A DNA stretch of 64,000 nt from NCBI RefSeq assembly GCF_009914755.1, contig NC_060935.1. One strand, written 5' to 3'. Numbering within the stretch: the first letter of the stretch is position 1; every line of letters begins with the position of its first letter. Positions 29,144 through 43,584 of this stretch are shown here, piece after piece. This DNA comes from the human T2T-CHM13v2.0 reference genome, Homo sapiens. The notes below the pieces were generated by a model that saw only the letters and a program-made list of their open reading frames with translations, made no database searches and was not told the origin of the DNA. Both the position numbers and the translations under genes were made by a program.

Positions 29144-32100
29144 TTTAATCATGTAGTTTTTGTCATTCGTTCTGTTTATGTGATGGATTATGTTTATTGA
29201 TTTGTGTATGCTGAATCAGCCTTGCGTCCCAGGGATGAAGCTGACTTGATAGTGGTGGATAAGCGTTTTGATGTGCTGGATTCAGTTTGCCAGTATTTTA
29301 TCGAGGATTTTCACATCGATGTTCATCACGGATAATGGCCTGAAATTTTCTTTTTCTTGTGTCTCTGCCAGGTTTTGGAATCAGGATGATGCTGGCATCA
29401 TAAAATGAGTTAGGGAAGAGTCCCTCTTTTTCTATTGTTTGGAATAGTTTCAGAAGGAATGGTACCAGCTCCTCTTTGTACCCCTGGTAGAATTCGGCTG
29501 TGAATCCCTCTGGTCCTGGGCTTTTTTTGGTTGGTAGGCTATTAATTACTGCCTCAATTTCAGAACTTGTTATTGGTCTATTCAGGGATTCGACTTCTTC
29601 CTGCTTTAGTTGGGAGGTTGTATGTGTCTAGGAATTTATCACTTTCTTCTAGATTTTCTAGTTTATTTGCATAGAGGTATTTATAGTATTCTCTGATGGT
29701 AGTTTGTATTTCTGTGGGATCAGTGGTATTATCCTCTTTATCATTTTTTATTGAGTCTATTTGATTCTTCTCTCTTTATTAGTCTTGCTAGCGGTCTGTT
29801 TTGTTAATCTTTTCAAAAAATCAGCTCCTGGATTAATTGATTTTTTTGAAAGGTTTTTTTTGTGTGTGTGTCTCTATCTCCTTCACTCAGCTCTGATCTT
29901 AGTTATTTCTTGTCTTCTGCTAGCTTTTGAATTTGTTTGCTCTTGCTTCTCTAGTTCTTTTAATTGTGATGTTAGGGTGTTGATTTTAGATCTTTCCCAC
30001 TTTGTCCTGTGGGCATTTAGTGCTATAAATTTCCCTCTAAACACTGCTTTAGCTGTGTCCCAGAGATTCTGGTACATTGTGTCTTTGTTCTTATTGGTTT
30101 CAAAGAACTTACTTATTTCTGCCTTCATTTCATTATTTACCTAGTAGTCATTCAGGAGCAGGTTGTTCAGTTTCCATGTAGTTGTGTGGTTTTGAGTGAG
30201 TTTCTTAATCCTCAGTTCTAATTTGATTGCACTGTGATCTGAGAGACTGTTACGATTTCCATTCTTTTGCATTTGCTGAGGTTTGTTTTACTTTCAATTA
30301 TGTGGTCAGTTTTAGAATAAGTGTGATGTGGTGCTGAGAAGAATGTATATTACTCTGTTGATTTGGGGTGGAGAGTTCTGTAGATGTCTGTTAGGTCTGC
30401 TTGGTCCAGAGTTCGGTTCAAGTCCTGAATATCCTTGTTAATTTTCTGTCTCATTGATCTGTCTAATATTGATGGTGGGGTGTTAAAGTCTCCCGCTATT
30501 ATTGTGTGGAAGTCTAAGTCTCTTCGTAGGTCTAAGAACTTGCTTTATGAATCTGGGTGCTCCTGTATTGGGTGCATATATATTTAGGATAGTTAGCACT
30601 TCTTGTTGCATTGATCCTTATACCATCATGTAATGTCCTTCTTTGTCTTTCTTGATCTTTGTTGGATGTTTGTTTTATCAGAGACTAGGATTGCAACCCT
30701 TGCTTTTTTTCTTTCTATTTGCTTGGTAAATATTCCTCCACCCCTTTATTTTGAGCCTATGTGTGTCTTTGCATGTGAGATGGGTCCCCTGAATACAGCA
30801 CACTGATGGGTCTTGACTCTTTATCCAATTTGCCAGTCTCTGTCTTTTAACTGGGACATTTTAGCCCATTTACATTTAAGGTTAATATTGTTATGTGTGA
30901 ATTTGATCCTGTCATTATGATGCTAACTGGTTATTTTGCCCATTAGTTGATGCAGTTTCTTCATAGTGTCAATGGTCTTTACAATTTGGTATGTTTTTGC
31001 AGTGGCTGGTACCAGCTTTGCCTTTCCATATTTAGTGCTACCTTCAGGAGCTCTTGTAAGGCAGGCCTGGTGGTGACAAAATCTCTCAGCATTTGCTTGT
31101 CTATAAAGGATTTTATTTCTCCTTTGGTTATGAAGCTTAGTTTGGCTGGATATGAAATTCTGGGTTGAAAATTATTTTCTTTAAGAGTGTTGAATATTGG
31201 CCCCCACTCTCTTCTGGCTTGTAAGGTTTCTGCCGAGAGATCTGCTGTTAAGTCTGATGGGCTTCCCTTTGTGGGTAACCCGACCTTTCTCTCTGGCTGC
31301 CCTTAACATTTTTTCATTCATTTCAACCTTGGTGAATCTGATGATTATGTGTCTTGGGGTTGCTCTTCTAGAGGAGTATCTTTGTGGTGGTCTCTGTATT
31401 TCCTGAATTTGAATGTTGGCCTGTCTCGCTAGATTGGGGAAGTTCTGATAATATCCTGAAGGGTGTTTCCAACTTGGTTCCATTCTCCCCATCACTTTCA
31501 GGTACACCAGACAAACGTAGATTTAGTCTTTTCATATAGTCCCATATTTCTTGGAGGCTTTGTTTGTTCCTTTTCATTCTTTTTTCTCTAATCTTGTCTT
31601 CATGCTTTATTTCATTAAGTTGATCTTCAATCTCTGATATCCTTTCTTCTGCTTAATCAGTTCGGCTGTTGATACTTGCGTATGCTTCACGATGTTCTCA
31701 TCCTGCATTTTTCAGCTCCATCAGGTCATTTATGTTCTTCTCTACACTGATTATTCTAGTTAGCAGTTCCTCTAACCTTTTTTCAAGGTTCTTAGCTTCC
31801 TTGCATTGGGTTAGAACATGCTCCTTTAGCTCAGAGGAGTTTGTTATTACCCATCTTCCGAAGCCTACTTCTGTCAATTCGTCAAACTCATTCTCCGTCC
31901 AGTTTTGTTCCCTTGCTGGTGAAGAATTGTGATCCTTTGCAGCAGAAGAGGCATTCTGGTTTTTGGAATTTTCAGCCCTTTTGCGCTGGTTTTTCCTCAT
32001 CTTCGTGGATTTATCTACCTTTGGTCTTTGATGTTGGTGACTTTTGTATGGGGTTTCTGTGTGGACATCCTTTTTGTTGATGTTGATGCTATTCCTTTTT

Positions 32101-33355
32101 GTTTGTTAGTTTTCCTTTTTACAGTCAGGCCCCTCTGCTGCAGATCTGCTGGAGTTTGCTGGAGGTCCACTCCAGACCCTGTTTGCCTGGGTATCATCCA
32201 TGGAGGCTGCAGAACAGCAAAGATTGCTGCCTGTTCCTTCCTCTGGGAAGGTTCGTCCCAGAGCGGCACCCGCCAGATGGCAGCGGGAGCTCTTCTGTAT
32301 GAGGTGTCTGTCGACCCCTGCTGGGAGGTGTCTCCCAGTCAGGAGGCACGGGGGTCAGGGACCCACTTGAGGAGGCAGTCTGTCCCTTAGCAGAGCTCGA
32401 GCGCTGTGCTGGGAGATCCGCTATTCTCTTCAGAGCTGGCAGGCAGGAACGTTTAAGTCCGCTGAAGCTGTGCCCACAACCACCCCTTTCCCCAGGTGCT
32501 CTGTGTCAGGGAGATGGGAATTTTATCTATAAGCTCCTGACTGGGGCTGCTGCCTGTCTTTCAGAGATACCCTGCCCAGAGAGGAGGAATCTAGAGAGGC
32601 AGTCTGGCTACAGTGGCTTTGTGGCACTATGTTGGGCTCCACCCAGTTCGAACTTCCTACTGGCTGTGTTTATACTGTGAGGGGAAAACATCCTACTGAA
32701 GCCTCAGTAATTGCAGACGCCCCTCCCCCCACCAAGCTTCAGTGTCCCAGGTCGACTTCAGACTGTTCTGCTGGCAGCGAGAATTTCAAGCCAGTGGATC
32801 TTAACTTGCTGGTCTCCATGGGGGTGGGATCCGCTGAGCTAGACCACTTGGCTCCCTGGCTTCAGCCCCCTTTCTAGGGGAGTGAATGGGTCCGTCTCGC
32901 TGGCGTTCCAGGTGCCACTGGGGTATGAAAAAACACTCTTGCAGCTAGCTCAGTGTCTGCCCAAATGGCCGCCCAGCTTTGTGCTTTAAACCCAGGGCCC
33001 TGGTGGTGTAGGCACCCAAGGGAATCTCTTGGTCTGCGGGTTGCAAAGACCGCGGGAAAAGCGTAGTATCTGGGCAGGAATCCACCATTCCTCACAGCAT
33101 AGCCCCTCACAGCATAGCCCCTCACGGCTTCCCTTGGCTAGGGGAGGGAGTTCCCCGACCCCTTGTGCTTCCCGGGTGAGGCTACACCCCACCCTGCTTT
33201 GACTCTCCCTCCGTGGGCTGCACCCACTGTCTAACCAGTCCCAATGAGATGAGCCATCTACCTCAGTTGGAAATGCAGAAATCACCACCTTCTGCGTTGA
33301 TCTCACTGGGAGCTGCAGACCAGAACTGTTCCTATGTTGCCATCTTGCTGTTCCC
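29144..33355 (-). mobile_element. Older L1PA (L1PA7/8-like), 5'UTR+ORF1+5' half of ORF2, 3'-truncated
   Basis: Minus strand CAAGATGGCAACATAGGAACAG 5' end; about 1.35-kb 5'UTR; ORF1 MRKNQRKRAENS starts at 32000; ORF2 fragments stop in the RT region at an Alu. Confidence 0.88.
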
Positions 33356-34011
33356 TTGTTTTATTTTTCTCTAGTATTTATGATAACGTGAAACATATTT
33401 TAATATATTTACTTCTCCGTATTCCACTAGTATATATGTTCCTAAAGGCACTGGTTTTTGTCTGTTCTGTTCATTGTTGTATTTTTAGCACCTAAAACAA
33501 TACTTGGCATGTGATAGGTATCCAATAACTGTTTTAAAATAAATGAATGTACTTGAAAAAAAATTACATGATGCTTCAAAAACATCAAAGCTGAAAATCA
33601 TTTGAGTAACTTTAAAATGTAAGCGATCAATAATAAAAGATTACTATATTGTTCAGCAGTCACATAAAGTATTAAAACTAATATTTCAGTATTTGAATAT
33701 GCCGACAGTAATGTTTTCATAAACTAGATTTTGTGTCTAACTCCTCAGGTTTGGAACTGTTTTTAGTAAGACCATAATGCATTGCAAGGATTTCTAATGA
33801 ATATGTTTAGTAGTTCAAGCCCTTATTAAATTTCACAGATAAAAGCAAATGTATGCTGAACTTTAAGGACTGAGGTAATATAAGACTGAATTGAATGTAA
33901 TAAGGCGGCAGTGTAGTGGTGGCATTAAAAAAACTGAAGATTCAAAAAGTATAAATTCAAGAATAACATGCAAGTAGCATTCTTTTTTTTAATTTTACAC
34001 TTGTTAGATTT

Positions 34012-34397
34012 TGTCTTAGTCCCTTTGTGTTGCTATAAAGGAATACCTGAGGCTGGATATTTACAAAGAAAAGAGGTTTATTTGGCATATGGCGTCTACA
34101 TCTGGTAAGGGCCTCAGACTCATGGCAGAAGGCAAAGAGGAATCAGTGTGTGCAGAGATCACATGGTGAGAGAGGAAGCAAGGGTGGAGGCGGGGAAGGC
34201 CATGCCAGGCTCTTTTTTTTAATAACCAGCCCTTGTGGGAACTGAATAGTGAGAACTCACTCATTCCTTACCCTCAGGCCTTAATCTATTCGTGAGGGAT
34301 CTGCCCCCATGACTCCGACACCTCCCATTAGGCATAACCTAATGGGGATCAGATTTCAACATGACATTTGGAGGGGTTAAACATTCAGACAATAGCA
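34012..34397 (-). mobile_element. MaLR solo LTR (MSTB-like)
   Basis: TGTCTTAGTCC..TGTTGCTATAAAGGAATACCTGAGGCTGG...CAATAGCA; TG..CA ends; near 5-bp TSD GATTT/GATAT. Confidence 0.85.
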
Positions 34398-35003
34398 GAT
34401 ATCTAATGTTCAGCTATTTTAAGAGCAGTGAGTGAAACTAGAAGAATCAGAGGAACATAAACAATTATAAAAGCTTCGATTACTAAAAAAGGATAAAAGA
34501 CAAAGTTGATTAAAGAGTTATCCTTAAATATGTGGGTGTTACGCAAAAGGTGTACTGATCAACTTTTTTCCATCACATAAAACAAAATTTAAATGGTACA
34601 TAAAAACATTAACTTACCCGCTTTCAGAGTGATTAAATGTTAGAGCAGGTTGACATTGGAATCTGTGGACTCAACTAATTGGTGTTCGGCCAGAGAACAG
34701 TTTATCTTTTCTGGCTAGTTTGAGTTCAGTGCTGTTCAAATTTGAGCAATAGTTAAAATATATTTTGAGACCCTCTTCAGTTCTAGGAGAAAATAGATTT
34801 TGTATTCAAGACCTTAATACTAAGCTGCTGGTCTGAACCTCTTTAAATAAACTCAGGTTTTGTTAGTCTTTAAGAAAGAGCTAGTATGTTATTATGTCTC
34901 ACAGAGTGATTTATTTTTGTTCTGGAATATGCTTTGGAAAGTAGGGTTTGAAATTAGAAAATTATTTCACTTTTTGTTTGTTTGTTTGCTTGCTTGTTTT
35001 AAG

Positions 35004-35121
35004 ATTGTTCCAGGACACGAAGGGAGATTCTTCCAGGTTACTGAAAGCACTTCCTTTGAAGCTTCAGCAAACAGCTTTTGAAAATGCATACTTGAAAGCT
35101 CAGGAAGGAATGAGAGAAATG
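35004..35121 (+). CDS. ATM: ATM exon 23
   Basis: aag|ATTGT...ATG|gtaatt; 118 nt; [11 protein letters not shown]...GMREM. Confidence 0.97.
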
Positions 35122-35999
35122 GTAATTTTAAGTAACATGTATTTGCTGTTATCATATGCTTGCTATGAATATCCCATAAATTACTTCACCAAGTTTGGTA
35201 TAAGAGAGTTTATAATCCAGTAGTTTACAGTATAAAGCTGCTCTAAAACAACTGTATGAATTGATTGAAACTGCATTCTTTCTGGGTCACAATGGGTCAA
35301 ATCATAGCAATTTCTTTTGGTTTAGCATTTTTATGGAGAAACCCAAAATTTAACTGAGTTTTTATGGGAGTATAAATGGCTCCCTTTTTTATTTTAAAAA
35401 TCCTTTTATATGTGATCTGATTAAAAGCTAATTAAGGGAACAGGTGACATTGGGAAGAAATGGATTGAGGAGAAGAATCTCACACAAAATCAAATCATTG
35501 TGGTGTTTACAGTGAAACTTGTGATATTTCACGTTTCTGTAGAATAATATATTTTTTATGGTAATGATTATCTTAGAGTTCAAATTTTTTCATTTATTTA
35601 TGCCCTGGTTTGTTTCTTACAAGTATTTAAGGTAGTTAAATAACTGTCAAGTCTGTGATAGCAGGAAATTGAAAGGAACAATTGAAAGAATGTGAGTTTA
35701 GAAAAGAATTTCAATAGATTAGAAAGATAAGTGTAAATAACATAAAATCTAATGAGATAATGTATATTATACATTTTAAATCAGCCTGTCATCTGCAAAA
35801 AGGGAAAATACTGATCTGACAGCAATTCATTTAGAAAAAGACCTAGGAAGTTTTGTATCTTGTGATTATAGTATGAATCAACATTGTATTACAGTTACCA
35901 AAAAGGCTAACTCTGTCTTACACTGCATTAATAGAAGCATATTGTCATGAACAAAGTTAATACAAGAACTTGGATCTTTTATACTTTTTGCTTTATTTT

Positions 36000-36160
36000 T
36001 AGATCTTTTAATTTTTATGGGTACATAGTAGGGGTGTGTGTGTGTGTGTGATACAGGTATACAATGTGAAATAATCACATCATGGAGAATGGGGTATCCA
36101 TCCCCCAAACAAATATCCTTTGTGTTACAAGCAATCCAATTACACTGTTTTAGTTATTAA
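36000..36160 (-). mobile_element. L1PB/L1MA 3' end fragment with (TG)n
   Basis: AATAATCACATCATGGAGAATGGGGTATCCATCCCC...CAATCCAATTACAC. Confidence 0.65.
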
Positions 36161-36508
36161 ATGTTTCTGTATTTTTTAGAGGATAACTATAATGTTTGGT
36201 TTGGTTCTGAGTAAAGTAAAAGATTTTTAGCCAGAATGTTATAGATCTGTGTCTTATAAAAAATGGATGAAGGAATTGACTTAGTGGAAAGCTCACATTT
36301 GTTTTTAAACATGTCAGTGCTTGTGATTTAGCAAAGGTATTGGTCCTTACTCTTTCTTGTACCAAAAGACAGAACTAGGATTAGTGAGTAGGAGGTTTCT
36401 GAAATGTGTATAGCTTGTCAAAAAATCTGGAGTTCAGTTGGGATTTTATAATTGATTGTTAAACATTTACATTTTACATTACATTTTTTTTTTAAATTTC
36501 TTTTTAAG

Positions 36509-36682
36509 TCCCATAGTGCTGAGAACCCTGAAACTTTGGATGAAATTTATAATAGAAAATCTGTTTTACTGACGTTGATAGCTGTGGTTTTATCCTGTAG
36601 CCCTATCTGCGAAAAACAGGCTTTGTTTGCCCTGTGTAAATCTGTGAAAGAGAATGGATTAGAACCTCACCTTGTGAAAAAG
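36509..36682 (+). CDS. ATM: ATM exon 24
   Basis: aag|TCCCA...AAG|gtatat; 174 nt; [12 protein letters not shown]...HLVKK. Confidence 0.97.
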
Positions 36683-37469
36683 GTATATATGGATGAGTAT
36701 TTTATTAGAAGCTTCCTTAGGTCACTGTGAAATAATTTAAAAAGTTAAAGCTAGATTTTCTGAGTGGCACTTATTTAAGACTAGGAAACAATTTTATTTT
36801 TTAGGTTGGGAATATTGGAAAGCAGTTATACAAAAACTATTCAAATGGTATATTTATGGTATGCACTGTTTCTTACATTCCATTTAAGAGCATTTCACAA
36901 GGCTTTCATTGTACTAACAAGAGTGAATGACTTGTCCACCAGACTGACCAGGCTTTTGGAAATAGTATTTATTGAGGGAAACACATGGAGACAAGAGCAG
37001 CATAGGTGTTTTGCCCGGTAGATTCTGGGGCAGCACATTGGGATCCAGCAGGGCCAGAAGTCAAATTTTAGAGCTATCAGGCTTTTAAGTTCAGTTATCA
37101 GGGGAGAAGGACTAGGGTCCAAGCCTTATAATTACTACATCAGCACAGTATTATAGAATGTTGGCCCCGTCTCTTTTCCATCACCTCAGCATTTATGGTT
37201 TAGGAAGTTCCAGACCTTTCCATTGCAAATTTTTATGTGATAAATCAGTGGTAGGTCAGTGGACTGATATTATGCCAGTTAACATTCTACCAGCATAGTT
37301 TCCATGGTGCTTTGGAGTAAGCCAGCCTATAATCAGTTAGCCTTTTACCTCTCAGTATAAGACTTGTTTGGTGTTTCTTAAAAGTATACAAATACATTAC
37401 CTAATAATCATAAGTGTTATGTATTGTTTGGGTTTTTCTTATTTGGATTTAAGCCTAAGAGAAATAATT

Positions 37470-37937
<468 letters not shown>

Positions 37938-38223
37938 CAGTAATTTTACATTAAATCTTCCTTTAAGTATAACCAAATGTTGGAAACTCTTAGCATATTT
38001 TTATATTTTTATTTACTTAACATTTATTAAGGGTTTGCTATGTGTCAGATACTGTGCCAGTTGAGTACATTTTCTTAATTATTATTCCCATCTCATAGAT
38101 GAGGAAATCAAGAAAAGTTGAATGAATGTTGTTTCTAGGTCCTACTCTAAATAATATTAACAAGCATTTAAATGATTTATTTTTTTCATTTTTCTTAACA
38201 CATTGACTTTTTGGTTCGTGCAG

Positions 38224-38393
38224 GTTTTAGAGAAAGTTTCTGAAACTTTTGGATATAGACGTTTAGAAGACTTTATGGCATCTCATTTAGATTATCTGGT
38301 TTTGGAATGGCTAAATCTTCAAGATACTGAATACAACTTATCTTCTTTTCCTTTTATTTTATTAAACTACACAAATATTGAGGATTTCTATAG
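38224..38393 (+). CDS. ATM: ATM exon 25 (leucine-zipper-like segment)
   Basis: cag|GTTTT...TAG|gtaagt; 170 nt; [11 protein letters not shown]...EDFY. Confidence 0.97.
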
Positions 38394-38559
38394 GTAAGTT
38401 TATACATGACATATGTGAAATTTGTTTAATTTAAAATTAGTTAACAATACTTAGCAAGTCCCCTCACCAGCAACACACATACCATACCCATACACATGTG
38501 TGTGTGGGAGCCTACATAGTATGAGAAGCAGGACAGCTTCTTTTAATAAGAATGTATTG

Positions 38560-38720
38560 AAGGGAGTCACTGGACTTCAGATCTGGTCCTAGCTGTGCCA
38601 ACAACCAGCTATCTGACTTTGGTCAAACCACATAAAGACCCTCTATGCCTTGGTTTTTTAATATGTAAAGTAAGCAAGTTACACAAGGAGATCTTTCAGG
38701 TCCTTTTCAGCTTTAATATT
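38560..38720 (+). mobile_element. MIR relic
   Basis: CTGACTTTGGTCAAACCAC...CTCTATGCCTTGGTTTTTTAATATGTAAA core. Confidence 0.5.
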
Positions 38721-39164
38721 TGATCATCTTTCCTTTGGAAAAAATTGAAGATAAATTACTAGTAGCTGGTTATTTCTGCCTTGTTTTTCTTTTCTGTTGC
38801 TTGACTATAGGCCTCTTAGTTATTACTTCTATTAGATTTAGAAACTTAATGTAAAACTTTATTTTGCTAACTTTAACTCTGTACAAGAAAAATTTGAAAA
38901 TGGAGAGGTTTGAAACAACTAAAAAGTAATGTTTAGGTATCAGGATGATGGGAAGGCATCTCATATTTGTTGAACATGCTCTGTGTTATGGACTTTGCTA
39001 TGCATTTTACATGTAGTGTATCACAGATCTGAGTTTCAGACTTATCCTAATAGAGTTTTCTAATAGATTATGAGTTGTATGTAGGTAGTTTCCTTTAAGA
39101 AGGATATTCCTACAAAAGTAAATTTAGTGGTCCTTATAGTTCATTCATTTTGGCAAGAACAATA

Positions 39165-39391
39165 TAGCTATATCTCTGTATATGCGAGGGATTCATTCCA
39201 GGATCCCCCATGTATGCCTAAATTTACGCGTACTCAAGTCACCAAGTTGGCCCTGCAGAACCCACGTATATGAAAAGTCAGTCCTCTGTATATACAGACT
39301 TTCACATCCTGTGAATACTGTTTTTCTATCTGCATTTGGTTGAAAAATATGCAAGTATAAGTTCAAACCCATGTTTTTCAAGGGTCAACTG
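39165..39391 (+). mobile_element. MER8 (Tigger-derived MITE)
   Basis: GGGGATTCATTCCAGGATCCCC...GTTCAAACCCATGTTTTTCAAGGGTCAACTG. Confidence 0.8.
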
Positions 39392-39740
39392 CATTTATGT
39401 TAGTTGATTATGCAGAAGAAATAAATATAAATTCAAGTCTCCATTTTTATTTGTTTATTGTTTTGTTTTTTCTTTTTGCTAAGGGTGCTACTGAACAAGG
39501 TCCCATTTTTAAATCCCATAATTATGGTGGTGGTATGTTCTAAGCTTTCTAATTTTTTTAATGTGACTATTTAGAATTTACTTAATTTTTCCATTTATAA
39601 AATTAAAGAATGTTTAATAATCTGGATAAAGTATGATACTTTAATGCTGATGGTATTAAAACAGTTTTTAAGAACTATTTTATAAAATTTTACTTGGAAA
39701 AGTTATATATAACCTGTATTTTAAATTTTTCTATTTTTAG

Positions 39741-39987
39741 ATCTTGTTATAAGGTTTTGATTCCACATCTGGTGATTAGAAGTCATTTTGATGAGGTGAA
39801 GTCCATTGCTAATCAGATTCAAGAGGACTGGAAAAGTCTTCTAACAGACTGCTTTCCAAAGATTCTTGTAAATATTCTTCCTTATTTTGCCTATGAGGGT
39901 ACCAGAGACAGTGGGATGGCACAGCAAAGAGAGACTGCTACCAAGGTCTATGATATGCTTAAAAGTGAAAACTTATTGGGAAAACAG
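39741..39987 (+). CDS. ATM: ATM exon 26
   Basis: tag|ATCTT...CAG|gtatgg; 247 nt; [11 protein letters not shown]...LLGKQ. Confidence 0.97.
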
Positions 39988-40464
39988 GTATGGCTTCAAT
40001 TTTTATGTACTTTTCATTCCCTGAATGATATGAGATATAACCTTTAAGTTTTAAGGCTATTTATTCGATTTATTCGTATTTATATATTGAAACTTAGCTT
40101 GTGGTAATCATTATCTAGCATAGCCAACCCATGAATTTTTTTGGTTATGTCGTGTTGTCTCCCTCTGATTGGCTTTTAACTAAATAGAAATGTTTTAAAT
40201 TAGAAATAATCCAAAAAACCATTTGAATAATTTTCTTCTGCCATTTAAAAATTTATTTTAACTGTTGTAATACACGAATGCAAACTGGTTGTTAAAGTCA
40301 AGGAATACTAAACAGTGTACAGAAAACCTTCACTCCCTCTTCAATCTCACCAAGCTTTCCACTTTTCAAGAAAAACAACCGTCCCTCATTCCTATAGTTC
40401 TCATACCCTGCTGTTTGTTTTTTTGTGACACTTATTACCTTCTAATGTATGATACAATTTACCT

Positions 40465-40770
40465 TTTTTTTCTGTCTTTGCTTTTGTTTTTGAGACAGAG
40501 TCTTACTCTTTTGCCAAGACTGGAGTGCAGTGGCATGATCTCAGTTCACTGAAGCCTCTGTCTCCTGGGTTCAAGCAATTCTCCTGCCTCAGCCACCCAA
40601 GTAGCTGGGACTACAGCTGCGCACCACCACACCCAGCTAATTTTCATATTTTTAGTAGAGACGGGGTTTCACCATGTTGGCCAGGCTGGTCTTTAACTCT
40701 TGACCTCAGGTGATCTTCCCACCTCAGCCTCCCAAAGTGCTGGGATTACAGATGTAAGCCACCTTGCCAG
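40465..40770 (-). mobile_element. AluS
   Basis: Alu consensus match. Confidence 0.9.
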
Positions 40771-41555
40771 ACCATAATTTACTTTTGAATTATGTTTATT
40801 ATTTACCAGTCTTCTCCAGTATACATTTTTCTCTCTTTTTTTTTTTTGGCTGATGTATCTCTAATATATTTTGAGTATTCATTAAATGTTTGTCAAAAGA
40901 AGGAGTCAAGTAAGGAAGGATTTAAAAAGCTTCGTTTGTTTTATAATCATTTATATACATTTCCAAAATTTTTTGAAGCAACTTATATTAAAACATACAT
41001 ACAAATTTTTTAAGATAAAAAAGCTGTGGTCACCCCACATTTATGTATGTATTTATTTATTTTGGATATAAGTAAGGGATAAGTAACCAAACTTGGTCAA
41101 TATTAGATAAACTTCAAGGGACCTTTTTTTTTTTTAGTTTCCTAGTTATCTATATTGAACCAAGAAATGGAACAGCAAGTTCCTTAGTTGCTTAGGTGGA
41201 CCTATTCAGAACTGGTTGTAAGTCTGCAGTCTGAAGGGAAATGGTGAGCAGAGGACTCATTTCCCAAAGACAGCTGGAACAGAAATAGGCACTCCAGAGG
41301 TTATGGAATTTGAGAGAGATACTCAGCCTCTAGCCACTCCCATTCAATCTCCCAGCTTAGTCTTCTGAGCATTCTTAATCTTACTATTCTTTTCTTAATG
41401 TATTCAAACCAAAAGACAGCAATTTTTAGAGCCTGAATAGGTTTTGGAGGGAAAAGTAATTACGTTCAACTTCGATTGAAACTCTTGCCTCAAGAATGAA
41501 GAACAGCAAAAATTAAATCACAGTTTCTTAGCTTTTTGGTTAAAGATGTAAGTTA

Positions 41556-42278
<723 letters not shown>

Positions 42279-42921
42279 TTTACGTTAGGTTTCTTTCTTG
42301 TCACCTTCTAAAATATTTTTTGTTATTAGGAAGTATGTTTTTGAACTTCCTTATGCATTAAGTAAATTAGCCATTTATCACTGTAATTCCTTATTTGGAA
42401 AGTTGTTATATTCACCCTTAAGACTTCACAATTCTCATTCATTTAACTAAAGTGCAACATAGCAGACTTATTCTTTATATTTAGAGAATTTGTGTCTTTT
42501 GTGAAGCTACCTGTCTATAGTGGGAAGTAGATTAATGAAAAGTCCAAATCTGTTGGGGAGGGTTTTATTCTACTATTGATGAAAGGGGATGTGGATCGCA
42601 GCTAGCCTTAGAATTTGGGATGGCACTCAAGTAGAAGTCTGGGAAGAAGTTACGCAGGGAACAAAGATGACATTGTTCGCAGTCCCTGGGAATTCTTAAC
42701 AGTAAAGTTCTGTAATTGAGACAGAATTCCCAAATAAAGTCAAGAGTAAAATTCAGATAGAGGAGCAGTTATACATCAGTGGGAAATTTGGTTGGCAGAA
42801 AAATTACCAGGTCATACAACTTAATGATAGACCTGAAGTCTTATTTAAAATGATTCTCTAAAATTGAAGAATTGGATTAAGGGGGCCTTGTTTGGCTGAT
42901 TTTCATACTTTTTCCTCTCAG

Positions 42922-42950
42922 TCTACAGGTTGGCTGCATAGAAGAAAAAG
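42922..42950 (+). other. ATM: Alternative 29-nt ATM exon (historical exon 28a)
   Basis: ctctcag|TCTAC...AAG|gtagag; +3 base 42953 = c.3994-159; second donor AAG|gtaata at 43033 gives 112 nt. Confidence 0.8.
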
Positions 42951-43111
42951 GTAGAGTTATTTATAATCTTGTAAATCTTGGACTTTGAGTCATCTATTTT
43001 CTTTTACAGTCATCGAATACTTTTGGAAATAAGGTAATATATGCCTTTTGAGCTGTCTTGACGTTCACAGATATAAAATATTAAATATATTTTAATTTTG
43101 TGCCCTTGCAG

Positions 43112-43227
43112 ATTGATCACTTATTCATTAGTAATTTACCAGAGATTGTGGTGGAGTTATTGATGACGTTACATGAGCCAGCAAATTCTAGTGCCAGTCA
43201 GAGCACTGACCTCTGTGACTTTTCAGG
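43112..43227 (+). CDS. ATM: ATM exon 27
   Basis: cag|ATTGA...AGG|gtatgt; 116 nt; [11 protein letters not shown]...CDFS. Confidence 0.97.
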
Positions 43228-43584
43228 GTATGTACATTTTAAACTTAGAGAACTAGCTCTAACTTCACAAGTTTTTAAAGAAGTTTATTGGTTGACACCT
43301 TCAATGTCTATTTCAATTTATAGACATCACTCTTTTTAAAAAATTTTCTTTAAAAATAGCCACCTTTGAATTGAGGTAATTACCTATCCTCTTTTACCAT
43401 AGTCTCCCCACAGTAATTACTCTTTCTAAATTGACCACTTGGTTGGCCAACCCAATAACCTTTTCTTAGTCTTTCTGTAATATTTGAACATTGTGCCATC
43501 TGTTGGCCCTTGAAATTTTTTTCTTCATACACATTATTCCTAGTTCTCTTCTCTTTATCTAGGTCTTGCCTTTCTAGATCACCT

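Noticed and set aside
42688-42731. 9-bp inverted repeat GGGAATTCT/AGAATTCCC
   Set aside because: With a 26-nt loop this is within chance expectation.
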